Shown piece after piece: positions 41,201-54,200 of a stretch of DNA of 64,000 bases; within the stretch, counting starts at the first letter, position 1, and every line of letters starts with the position of its first letter. The stretch is from Eimeria praecox (lineage: Eukaryota), in contig OY986947.1 in the NCBI GenBank assembly GCA_963920595.1, positions 1 to 64,000 on the forward strand. Reading direction: 5' to 3'. A program made the position numbers and the translations under genes. Under the pieces are notes generated by a model. The model made no database searches. It was not told where the DNA came from and was given only the letters and a program-made list of their open reading frames with translations.

Positions 41201-41850
41201 ACACTATTTAACAACTTTTTCTTGGGCACGGGCAGCACTAAAACAAACTGCTGCTAAGTGAGCAGATACATGGTCCAGCGTGAGCTACAAACGTGGCGGC
41301 ATCTCGACCACCAAGTGCACAATCGGACGTCCGTCCATCGGCTCCATCGAGACCGCCATTACGAAAACGAACGTGGTTCCAATTATTGTGATAAAGATTG
41401 CTTTCAACGGTTGCTGCAATTGCCCTTCTCCACGTTGTACACGCAGACCGCAAAACCAGCGGGGCTAGGACCACCGTCCAAGGCCAGCTAAGTTCAAGGC
41501 TTTATTCCTGCCCTCGCTCCTTCAATATCGTTGCCGTGCCAACGTCAACAGTCCGAAAAGGGACTCCCGCAAGTAGCCAGCGAGCTCACGCACTCGTTCA
41601 CCCGTCATGGCTTTCAAGGAGCACACCACCGCACCATTGCATGCAAGGATGCAAGGTTCGATCAACTGTAAAGGAAGAGCAAACAACCTGCAACCTTATT
41701 GATCACTAAAGCAGCAGGCACGGAACCGCTAACATCAATACTAACCAGACTTATCTCCCAACACGACCCTCATGCTGGCAATTAGCAGATGCAAAACGTG
41801 GGGTGGCCAACATACCTCATCAGCGAATGACATACTGCCTGTGCAAATGT
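38300..41850 (+). repeat. Decayed direct-repeat cluster, about 0.6-0.77 kb monomers, about 5 diverged or partial copies
   Basis: GCCTCATCAAAAGCACTCCACAATCACATACCTCCTGAGAACAAT occurs at about 39230 and 39996 (766 bp apart). GCTTTATTCCTGCCCTCGCTCC occurs at about 38930 and 41499. CTAACA(C/T)..A(T/C)ACTAA.CAG/CCTTA(G/T).TC.CAACAC-like blocks occur near 38390, 39145, 39910 and 41730. Confidence 0.85.
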
Positions 41851-44808
41851 GGAAGGCACGAAGGCGCTGCGCACGCACAACCATGCTTTAAACGCCCAAA
41901 CATCCGCAATGCCTTTGAGATCGCCGTTGCTGCGCTTCTCGAAGTGTGGTCGGTGGCTTTCGATTTGGCAAGGCGAGGCTGCTACACAATGTGGCAAGGA
42001 GGCTGGAGTCAGTTATACAGATGAAACCAATCAGCATTGCCTGCACTACCAAAGAGTACTGAAAACGCACCAAGCACCGCGCGAACCAAAACCTCGACAA
42101 AAGGTAACCAGGCTGCTGCAAAGGATCAGGTGTCGTGCGGCGAACCTACAAAAGGAATGATGCAGGCGACGTCTCCTTGGCGCATGCGCCCACGCAATAT
42201 GGAGACATTGGAACAAACACCAAACTGAAGTGAGTCCGGACTGTTTAGGACGGCATTTGCCGCCGTCCCAGAGATGCCCAAGGCCACTGTGGCATCGCGG
42301 GATCGGTAGCCAGGTCGCTTAATGTCGTTTTACCATGTGGTGGGCAATGCATAACTTGAATGCAACGAGAAACAAAAATCCGTGCGCAAGGGCAGTACAG
42401 CTGCAACTGAAGATTTTGCGCTTCAGACGGAAATGTATAAGCTAGCTCTTCAAATGACACTCGTGTCCATCGGCAAGTTCAAGGCCCTATGAACCGGATG
42501 GCTCCCAACGCAAAACCGAATTTCACAACAGAAACCTTCACAATCATCCTGTGGTCAGTTGATTTCACGTGGAAAGCAGCTACAGAACTACAACAGTTCG
42601 CGCGGTCGATGCAGGCGTTCACACAGTATAACTACTTCCCACGGAGTTCGATATCATTAGGGGTCCGCGCTAAATAAATACGCAGCGTACCACTATTTTA
42701 AGCATACTTGGCAAAGTAATGGCATTTAGACAGCAAGCACATTCAGTTCAGGTCAAGCAGCTAACATAAAATGAATGCGTTCAGATACAACTGATCAGAC
42801 CTTGGCACCAGGCACGTTTGCACGCCACACAGCAAAAGACAACTTCAAAAGCTCCGCCTACACACGCTGATTCTCCATACGCTGATAGGAAACTGCTCAA
42901 AAGCCAAAACTAAAATTTGCCCTTTCTGTTAAAGACAGTGCTTTCTATGCCGCAAGCAGGCAAGGAAGGTGGCTCGATGAAGGTGAAATGCTGCAAAGAG
43001 TAGGCCGGAAAATGCAGGCAAGGCACGGCGGGCTGCGCAGCAGATGCTACAACCGAGTTGCATCCGACTGCGAGAATTGCTGCAAGCATGCCACAAAGCT
43101 AATCAAAGCCTACGGAGCGAGAAGTATTTCACTAGAAAAGTGCAGGTGCAAAAGTCTCTGCCCGCCAGTTCACATGCAGGTAGACACTTTCATAGCGTTG
43201 TGAAAACGGCAACTGACGAAGAGTAGCCTCGAGTTACGTCCAGCGCCAGGCCTCAACAACAACAGCTTCCAGGTAGAAAACAAGCCAAAACTCTGGGCTT
43301 TGCAGTCAGCCGCGCATCCAGCTAGGCATTACCCAGCACATACTCTCTGCGTGCCAACGGCAAAAGCCGAAGCGGTGAGCGAAAAAGATTCGTTCAGTTC
43401 AACAGCAATTCTTCAAGCAGTTTACCAGCTGGCGACTAGTGCTTCACAGGACACGCAAGCATTGCGTGACGCTTGTCTCAGTGCATACGCCCTTCAAAGC
43501 ATCTTAATGCAGTTGAACGTAAAGAAAAATTTTCATAGGCAGACACTGCTCACCCACCCGCACAACGCAATAGCGAACGCAACATTGCCTATATGGTTAG
43601 CGGAGAAACCTCGCATAATATGTCTGCAGCTTGGCTAAGATAGCCGTCGGCACCAACGCACACAAACAACCGTACATGGGGAGCGATCGTGATAGCGAGA
43701 CTCTCGTTAAAGCGCGCATGCATTCTAAGGTCTCCTGGACGCATCCGGAGGCTATCACCAAGCACTTGAAAACGCCACGCTGTAAATCGGCTTAACTGCA
43801 TTGGGAATTGTTTGCCTGTTCCCAATGAGGCCCAGGTGTTGACGTCTACAGCATGAAAGGTGTAGCATAGCTGCCACCAAATGCTGGCGTATCCAGTGAA
43901 TTGTAATAGCTGGAGATGCGTGCAAAGCGGCAGGCAAAAGCATCCCAACGTGTGTCAAGTGAAACCAGTGAGTCGTCCCTCCACGGGGAGCTCAGTACTC
44001 TGCGAATGCACCACAAAAGCTCAAGAACCGCCGGCACAAAGGGCACCTTAGCAAATGTCTGGCCAGCTGGAAAACGCTCAAGCCTTTAATGCGCAGCGTT
44101 TTGTCTTATCAACAACTTGCACTAGAGAAATGCTTCCGACAAAGTAAAGGCGGCCCATAACTGCGAAAGCCGCAAGACAATGCAGTTCGTAACCAGGCAT
44201 AAATACCAATATGCAGCTACTAGAACAGTCAAAACAAACGCATCATTTGCCCTTTGAAGCACTCTATTCCCTAAGTGGTATCAAGGTGTGCGCAGAAAGC
44301 CACCAGAGGCAATCAAGCAGCATCTACGTCATGCACGCGTGCCATCCCCATGCAGCCAAACGAATTCAAGCATGCTACTGTCCCACACATGTACGTACGC
44401 GCTGTACCTCAATGTGAATGGATACACCAGTTAAATAAAAGAGAAAAGCTCTCACAAAATGCCAACCCCGCAGCCTGATAGTTAACTGGAGCAAGCACCG
44501 CACGCTGTCCACATACCATGAACAGCATGGGGCGGGCATGGGCTAATAGAGGCCTACGTCTTCGTTGGAGATATTATGCAGCAAGTCGAAGAGCCTCCAG
44601 AGGTAGTCTGCACAGTCAACCACATGCCCAGGAGCCATTCAATGCCTACTTTCTGAGTGATAACAAAAACCAGGAGAAAACAGCATCCTAGGTGGCGAAC
44701 ACAAAACAAAAAAGCTGGTTAGATCGTTCTATCCAGCGTTGGCTGCTCGTCAGGAGGCGCATCTAGTGTGTTAAGCTACGCACGCGCTGCAACATGTAAC
44801 AGCAGGCT

Positions 44809-44816
44809 TGCATGCA
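44809..44816. promoter_or_regulatory. TGCATGCA palindrome (representative copy; others near 27105, 39060, 41638, 45014, 46766 and in most 2.36-kb units)
   Basis: Motif seen directly. TGCATGCA is a known over-represented non-coding motif and ApiAP2 target in Apicomplexa. A function here is not demonstrated. Confidence 0.3.
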
Positions 44817-45254
44817 CAGAATCCCTTTGAACACTCGGCCAAGTGTGCCAAGTCACACGCACGCAACGCCTTCCGCTGAAATCACGACATGAGGAACGGT
44901 TCAAGCGCTCTGCCAATAGCTACACGCTTGACTTCGCATGAGGCGTATAGCCTTGCGGGCAGCCTCCAACCTACATGCACTGCCAGCCCACAAGTAACAC
45001 AGAAGTAATATGTTGCATGCAAACAATAATATTACCCTAGATCGGTCCCGATTGCCGCGTCCACGGATGCCTGGTACCCCAAACAAAGCAAAGGCAGCAG
45101 TGCAACAACCTGTTCGCATCCAGCCCCCTTTAAGCAGGTAGAAGCGCGCAACATGAGCGTATGCAGGCATTATGCGTACATACCTACACTGACATAACCC
45201 CTTGCAGTCATCACACCCAATCGAAACTAACCCTCCGGCGCCTGTCCGTACCGT

Positions 45255-48200
45255 GGCAAACCCCCTGGCTGGCTGCATACAGCGCAGTCCCAAGCTGACG
45301 TAAGCCACATGTCTTAGTCAGCTGCGGGCAGGGGTAACCCCTTGTGACAACAGACGGCAGCCAAAGCTTGTGCAGGCAGTTTGCATGGCTACAAGGCACA
45401 ACCAGTCCAAATATTGGAATTTCTCGGTAACCAGCCCTTACGGAGTGCGCAAAATCAGCAAACGCCAAACACCGGACAGCCCCTATCGCACCAACACGAA
45501 ATGCAGCATTGTAAAATGCTTGCAGACAATTATAATGGGTCATGCCCTACGCCTTGACTTCATATAATCTACGGCAAAGCCATACTCCCATGTACACAAG
45601 CAACACTATTGCCGGCTGCTTAGGGAAGAAACCTATCGAATGCATCATAGCCGTAGTGGCTTGTCACGATTGCCCAGCGATGCCATTCTCGCAGTGCCTA
45701 GCCCAGTTACCAACCTGCACTCACTCAGCTTGTCCAGAGCGACAGACCACCGACTCACTATGCAACGAAGCAACACTTCCAACCAAAACGTCTAGTCCTA
45801 TGATAAAGTTGCCATGTCTTTTCATTACTCCACAAAAGTGCTGAAACACCAACTACCGCTGCGCATAATGAAGCCAATGCACCGGCAAAACGCACAGACT
45901 GAGTCAAACAATGGCTCAAAGGCTAAAGACGCCCGCACTGGCAATATGTGCACCGCAGCGTCCACAGAACCACCACGTCCTAGCTTGCCCCAACGCACAC
46001 ACCTCCACACAGGCGGAGCTATGCAGGCAAGCACGTCAAACAAATTCATCAAGTAAGCAACCCACATGCTGCCGCCAGATACGAGTTCGTTCTAACGAAA
46101 CAGAAGGCTAAGAGGGAGGACGCAGCCGCAGCGATAAACAACTGATACGACCACTGCTACAATCTTCACCAAATAAGCAATTCGATAAGCGCAAGGCACT
46201 CATAACTACAGCCAGGATTCAATGGGTCTCCTTCAACACAAGAACATACGGAGAACCGATTTTGGGTGGTGCTCCTACACAACCTGAAGCACGGATGGAT
46301 GCAATATCCAACCGTGCACGATGCTGGCTAGCGAGCACCGTGGGACCGGCTAGCAGCTCAATGGGAGGAAGGAAGCACCCGTCTGTACCTCGGGAATCTG
46401 CACTCTCCGCAAACCACAGAAAATGCCTCGCATTGCCCAGCTGTCTCCAAAAAGGCCATACAATACCCAATGTGCAGACGACGAGGTATCGAATGCACCA
46501 TGGTCTTAGGGCCTTGACACGGTTGTCCAACTATGCTTTCCCTGCAGTGCCGAACGCAATTACCAGCTTATATTCGCTCAGGCTGTGCAGTGCAACAGAC
46601 CAATGATCCAATATGCGACAAAGAACAATCTCCAAAAAACACCGCATAGCCCCATGCCAAAGCTAGCACGCCACCGGGGTACTCCACAAAACGGCAGAGA
46701 CACCCAGTATCGCCGTGCATCACAAGAAGCACCTGCTACATCCGCAAGCTGATTCGGGCCGCGAATGCATGCAAGCACACATGCAGCATTTTGCAACCCA
46801 CTGTTGACCAGCAAGAGCAGCTATGCTGCTACACCTTCTTATGCGTTCTCACCTGTTAGCAACGGGCTATGGAGAACGCTCCCGCGCCGCCGCTCTATAT
46901 ATAGATCGCTGCAGACACCGCTCAGACACTCAGATACTCACACAGACACTCACTCAGCCATATTTTGCAAGACAACCACAAGCAGACGCCTACAAGCCAC
47001 CGACGGCATACCACCCCGAAACCCATTCATGAAGGCGCAAACTGAAATCATCCTACACCAAATAACAGCGCCCTAACGCTACACCAGAAGAACTTGCTTC
47101 ATAGGCCAAACGCACACCCATGCCACACACCACTTAACATGTGTAGTCTCTGAAGGCCTGAACTACAGCAGGGGCCAACGTTCCCTGCACATATCTCCAA
47201 GTGAGATAGGAAATCCAGCCAGAAGGAAACGAACCAAACATTCCGCCAAATACACAACGCACAGCCTGCGGCCACACATTGCTTTTGGGTTTAAGTATAT
47301 CAAAGCTCAGACACACTACATGCGCAAGCCGTCAGTAGCTACAAACAGGCTTCACCTTGCATTCAGAACAAGAAACCAGGAGGTCAAAGCGACTGTGTGC
47401 GGCCATCCTGCGCCAGGTGCACGCCACGTCCACCACCCGCAACCGTAATGTACGCGCCTGTACGGCACTGTCAGTCCAGCGTGCACAGTGGCGATACCTG
47501 CCACCTCATTGGGACAACGGTTGCGACTAGCCCTGGAATGCAGACACTCGATGCACGCAATAACGAAACTGAAACAATCAGCACACAAGCACGCAGGCTA
47601 TGGACTCCATATCTGGGCTCCCAAAACCCCTCGCCAGCTGCCTACTACGCAGCCCCAAGCTGACATAAGCCACAAGTCGCAGTCAGCTGCGATCAATGGC
47701 AACCCCTTGTGACAACAGACGGCAGCCAATCCTTGTGCAGGCACGCTGTGTTTCTACAAGGCATAACCAATCCCAATGTCCGAATTTGCTGCCACCCAGT
47801 CCTTACCGACTGCCCAAAAACACCAAACGACAAACTGTTGCACAGCCTCTAGCAAATTCACGACCAGTGGAGTCCTGACAACTGCTCACAGGAACCAATC
47901 GTGGTTCACATGCCACCCACCGATTCCGCATTATCGGTACCATAGCCAGAGTCCCATGCACACAAGCAGCACTGTTGCAAACTGCTTAGAGAGGTGACGT
48001 ATCGAATGCACCATAGCCGTAGTGGCTTGTCACGATTGCCCAGCGATGCCATTCTCGCAGTGCCTAGCCCAGTTACCAACTCAGGCCGTGCAGAGCAACA
48101 GAACCCTGACTCACTATGCAACGAAGCAACACTTCCAACCAAAACGCCTAGTCCTATGATAAAGTTGCCATGTCTTTTCATTACTCCACAAAAGTGCTGA

Positions 48201-51200
48201 AACACCAACTACCGCTGCGCATAATGAAGCCAATGCGCCGGCAAAACGCACAGACTGAGTCAAGCAATGGCTCAAAGGCTAAAGACGCCCGCACTGGCAA
48301 TATGTGCACCGCAGCGTCCAAGGAACCACCAGGTGCCAGCTTGCCCCAACGCACACACCTCCACACAGGAGGAGCTATGCAGGCAAGCACGTCAAACAAA
48401 CCCATCAAGTAAGCAACACACTGTCTGCAGCCAGACATCAGTTCGTTCTAACGAAACAGAAGGCTAAGAGGTAGGACGCAGCCGCAGCGATAAACAACTG
48501 ATACGACCACTGCTACAATCTCCACCAAATAAGCAATTCGATAAGCCAAGACACTGCTAATAACTACAGCCAGGATTCAATGGGTCTCCTTCAACACAAG
48601 AACATACGGAGAACCGATTTTCGGTGGCGATCCTACACAACCTGAAGCACGGATGGATGCAATATCCAGCCGTACACGATGCTGGCTAGCGAGCACTATG
48701 GCACCGGCTAGCAGCTCACTAGGAGGAAGGAAGCACCCGTCTGTACCTCGGGAATCTGCACTCTCCGCAAACCACAGAAAATGCCTCGCATTGCCCAGCT
48801 GTCTCCAAAAAGGCCATACAATACCCAATGTGCAGATGACGAGGTATCGAATGCACCATGGTCTTAGGGCCTTGACACGGTTGTCCAACTATGCTTTCCC
48901 TGCAGTGCCGAACGCAGTTACCAGCTTATATTCGCCCAGGCTGTGCAGTGCAACAGACCAATGATCCAATATGCGACAAAGAACAATCTCCCCCCAAAAC
49001 ACCGCATAGCCCCATGCCAAAGCTAGCACGCCACCGGGGTACTCCACAAAACGGCAGAGACACCCAGTATCGCCGTGCACCACAAAAAGCACCAGCTACA
49101 TCCGCAAGCTGATTCGGGCCGCGACTACATGCAACCACACATGCAGCATTTTGCAACCCACTGTTGACCAGCAAGAGCAGCTATGCTGCTACACCTTCTT
49201 ATACGTTCTCACCTGTTAGCAACGGGCTATGGAGAACGCTCCCGTGCCGCCGCTCTATATATAGATCGCCGCAGACACCGCTCAGACACTCAGATACTCA
49301 CACAGACACTCACTCAGCCATATTTTGCAAGACAACCACAAGCAGACGCCTACAAGCCACCGACGGCATACCACCCCGAACCCCATTCAGGAAGGCGCAA
49401 ACTGAAATCATCCTACACCAAATAACAGCGCCCTAACGCTACACCAGAAGAACTTGCTTCATAGGCCAAACGCACACCCATGCCACATAGCACTTAACAT
49501 GTGTAGTCTCTGAAGGCCTGAACTACAGCAGGGGCCAACTTGCCCTACACATATCTCCAAGTGAGATAGGAAATCCAGCCAGAAGGAAACGAACCAAGCA
49601 TTTCGCCAAATACACAACGCACAGTCTGCGGCCACACATTGCTTTTGGGTTTAAGTATATCAAAGCTCAGACACACTACATGCGCAAGCTGTCAGTAGCT
49701 ACAAACAGGCTTCACCTTGCATTCAGAACAAGAAACCAGGAGGTCAAAGCGACTGTGTGTGGCCATCCTGCACCAGGTGCACACCACGTCCACCACCCGC
49801 AACCGTAATGTACACGCCTGTACGGCACTGTCAGTCCAGCGTGCACAGTGGCGATACCTGCCACCTCATTGGGACAACGGTTGCGACTAGCCCTGGAAGG
49901 CAGACATTCGATGCACGCAATAACGAAACTTAAACAATCAGCACACAAGCACGCAGGCTATGGACTCCATATCTGGGCTCCCAAAACCCCTCGTCAGCTG
50001 CCTACTACGCAGCCCCAAGCTGACATAAGCCACAAGTCGCAGTCAGCTGCGATCAATGGCAACCCCCTGTGACAACAGACGGCAGCCAATGCTTGTGCAG
50101 GCACGCTGTGTTTCTACAAAACAAACCAATCCCAATTTCCGAATTTGCTGCCACCCAGTCCTTACCGACTGCACCAAAATACCAAGCGACAAACTGGTAC
50201 ACAGCGTCTAGCAAATTCATGACCAGTGGAGTCCTGACAACTGCTTACAGGAACCAATCGTGGTTCACATGCCACCCACCGATTCCGCATTATCGGTACC
50301 ATAGCCAGAGTCCCATGCACACAAGCAGCACTGTTGCAAACTGCTTTGAGAGGCGACGTATCGAATGCACCATAGCCGTAGTGGCTTGTCACGATTGCCC
50401 AGCGATGCCATTCTCGCAGTGCATAGCCCAGTTACCAACTCAGGCCGTGCAGAGCAACAGAACCCTGACTCACTATGCAGCGAAGCAACACTTCCAACCA
50501 AAACGCCTAGTCCTATGATAAAGTTGCCATGTCTTTTCATTACTCCACAAAAGTGCTGAAACACCAACTACCGCTGCGCATAATGAAGCCAATGCGCCGG
50601 CAAAACGCACAGACTGAGTCAAGCAATGGCTCAAAGGCTAAAGACGCCCGCACTGGCAATATGTGCACCGCAGCGTCCAAGGAACCACCAGGTGCCAGCT
50701 TGCCCCAACGCACACACCTCCACACAGGAGGAGCTATGCAGGCAAGCACGTCAAACAAATTCATCGAGTAAGCAACCCACAGTCTGCAGCCAGATTTCAG
50801 TTCGTTCTAACGAAACAGAAGGCTAAGAGGGAGGACGCAGCCGCAGCGATAAACAACTGATACGACCACTGCTACAATCTCCACCAAATAAGCAATTCGA
50901 TAAGCCAAGACACTGCTAATAACTACAGCCAGGATTCAATGGGTCTCCTTCAACACAAGAACATACGGAGAACCGATTTTGGGTGGTGCTCCTACACAAC
51001 CTGAAGCACGGATGGATGCAATATCCAACCGTGCACGATGCTGGCTAGCGAGCACCGTGGGACCGGCTAGCAGCTCACTGGGAGGAAGGAAGCACCCGTC
51101 TGTACCTCGGGAATCCGCACTCTCCGCAAACCACAGAAAATGCCTCGCATTGCCCAGCTGTCTCCAAAAAGGCCATACAATACCCAATGTGCAGACGACG

Positions 51201-54200
51201 AGGTATCGAATGCACCATGCTCTAAGGGCCTTGACACGGTTGTCCAACTATGCTTTCCCTTCAGTGCCGAACGCAATTACCAGCTTATATTCGCCCAGGC
51301 TATGCAGTGCAACAGACCAATGATCCAATATGCGGCAACGCAACATCTCCAACAAGCACCGCATAGCCCCATGCCAAAGCTGGCACGCCACCGGGGTACT
51401 CCACAAAACGGCAGAGACACCCAGTATCGCCACGCACCACAAGAAGCACCTGCAACATCCGCAAGCTGACGCGAGCATACCATACCTGTCACCTGATTAG
51501 GACAACGGTTGCGACTTGCCCTGAAATGCAGACATTCGATGCACGCAATAACGAAACTTAAACAATCAGCACACAAGCACGCACGCTATGGACTCCATAT
51601 CTGGGCTCCCAAAACCCCTCGCCAGCTGCCTACTACGCAGCCCCAAGCTGATATAAGCCACAAGTCGCAGTCAGCTGCGATCAATGGCAACCCCCTGTGA
51701 CAACAGACGGCAGCCAATGCTTGTGCAGGCACGCTGTGTTTCTACAAAACAAAACCAATCCCAATTTCCGAATTTGCTGCCACCCAGTCCTTACCGACTG
51801 CACCAAAATACCAAGCGACAAACTGGTACACAGCCTCTAGCAAATTCATGACCAGTGGAGTCCTGACAACTGCTTACAGGAACCAATCGTGGTTCACATG
51901 CCACCCACCGATTCCGCATTATCGGTACCATAGCCAGAGTCCCATGCACACAAGCAGCACTGTTGCAAACTGCTTAGAGAGGTGACGCACCGAATGCGCC
52001 GTAGCCGTAGTGGCTTGTCACGATTGCCCAGCGATGCCATTCTCGCAGTGCCTAGCCCAGGTACCAACTCAGGCCGTCCAGAGCAACAGAACCCTGACTC
52101 ACTATGCAACGAAGCAACGCTTCCAACCAAAACGCCTAGTCCTATGATAAAGTTGCCATGTCTTTTCATTACTCCACAAAAGTGCTGAAACACGCACTAC
52201 CGCTGCGCATAGTGAGGCCAGTGCACCGGCAAAACGCACAGACTGAGTCAAGCAATGGCTCAAAGGCTAAAGACGCCCGCACTGGCATTATGTGCATCGC
52301 AGCATCCAAAGAACCACCAGGTGCCAGCTTGCCCCAACGCACACACCTCCACACAGGAGGAGATATGCAGGCAAGCACATCAAACAAATTCATCAAGTAA
52401 GCAGCGCACAGTCTGCAGCCAGGTATCAGTTCGTTCTAACGAAACAGAAGGCTAAGAGGTAGGACGCAGCCGCAGCGAGAAACAACTGATACGACCACTG
52501 CTGCAATCTTCACCAAATAAGCAATTCGATAAGCGCAAGGCACTCATAACTACAGCCAGGATTGAATGGGTCTCCTTCAACACAAGAACATACAAAGAAC
52601 CGATTTCCGGTGGCGATCCTACACAACCCGAAGCACGCATGGGCCGAGATATCCAGCCATACACGATGCTGCCTAAACAGCACCGTGGCACCGGCTAGCA
52701 GCTCACTGGGAGGAAGGAAGCACCCGTCTACCCGTCGGGAATCCGCACTCTCCGCAAACCACAGAAAATGCTTCGCATTGCCCAGCTGCCTCCCAAAATG
52801 CCATACAATACCCAATGTGCAGACGACGAGCCATCGAATGCACCATGCTCTTAGGGCCTTGACACGGTTGTCCAACTATGCTTTCCCTGCAGTGCCGAAC
52901 GCAATTACCAGCTTCTATTCGCCCAGGCTGTGCAGTGCAACAGACCAATGATCCAATATGCGACAAAGCAGCATCTCCAAAAAACACCGAATAGGTCCAT
53001 GCCAAAGCTAGCACGCCACCGGGGTACTCCACAAAAATGCTGAGACACCCAGTATCGCCACGCACCACAAGAAGCACCTGCCACATCCGCAAGCTGATTC
53101 GGGCCGCGAATGCATGCAAGCACACATGCACCATTTTGCAACCCACTGTTGACCAGCAAGAGTTGCTACGCTGCTACACCTTCTTATGCGTTCTCACCTC
53201 TTAGCAACGGGCTACGGAGAACGCTCCGTCACCGCTGTTCATTACATAGTTTGCTGCGGACGCCGCTCAGACACTTAGATACTCACACAGACACTCACTC
53301 AGCCATATTTTACGAGACAACCACAAGCAGCCGCCTACAAGCCACCGCCGGCATGCCACCTCGAAATCCATTCAGGAACGCACAATCTGTAAAGCCACGC
53401 CAGACCAAATATAAACGCCGTAGCGCTACACCAGAAGAACTTGTTTTATAGGCCAAACGCACACGCACACCACGCACCACTTAACATATGTGGTCTCTGA
53501 AGGCCTAAACTACAGCAGGAGCCAACTTGCCCCACAACACACATCTCCAGCCGACATAGGGAATCCAGCCAGAAGGAAACGAGCCAAACATTTCGCCAAA
53601 TACACAACGCACATTCTGCGGCCACACATTGCTTTGGGGTTAGAAGTAAATCAAAGGTCAGACACAGTACATGCGCAAGCCGTCAGTAGCTACAAACAGG
53701 CTTCACGTTGCATTCAGAACAAGAAACCAGGAGGTCAAATTGACCGTGTGCGGCCACCCTGCACCAGGTGCACACCACGTGTACCACCCGCAACCATAAT
53801 GTACACGCCTGTACGGCACTGTCAGTCCAGCGTGCACAGTGGAGATACCTGCCACCTCATCGGGACAACGGTTGCTACTAGCCCTGGAATGCAGACATTG
53901 GCTGCACGCAATAACGAACCTTAAACAATCAGCACACAACCACGCACGCTATGGACTCCATATCTGGGCTTCCCAAACCCCTCGCCAGGTGCCTACTACG
54001 CAGCCCCAAGCTGGCATAAGCCACAAGCCGCAGTCGGCTGCGATCAATGGCAACCCCTTGTGACAACAGACGGCAGCCAATCCTTGTGCAGGCACGCTGT
54101 GTTTCTACAACGCACAGCCATTCCCAATATCCGAATTTGCTACCACCCAGTCCTTACCGACTGCGCAAAAACACCAAACGCCAAACTGGTACACAGCCTC

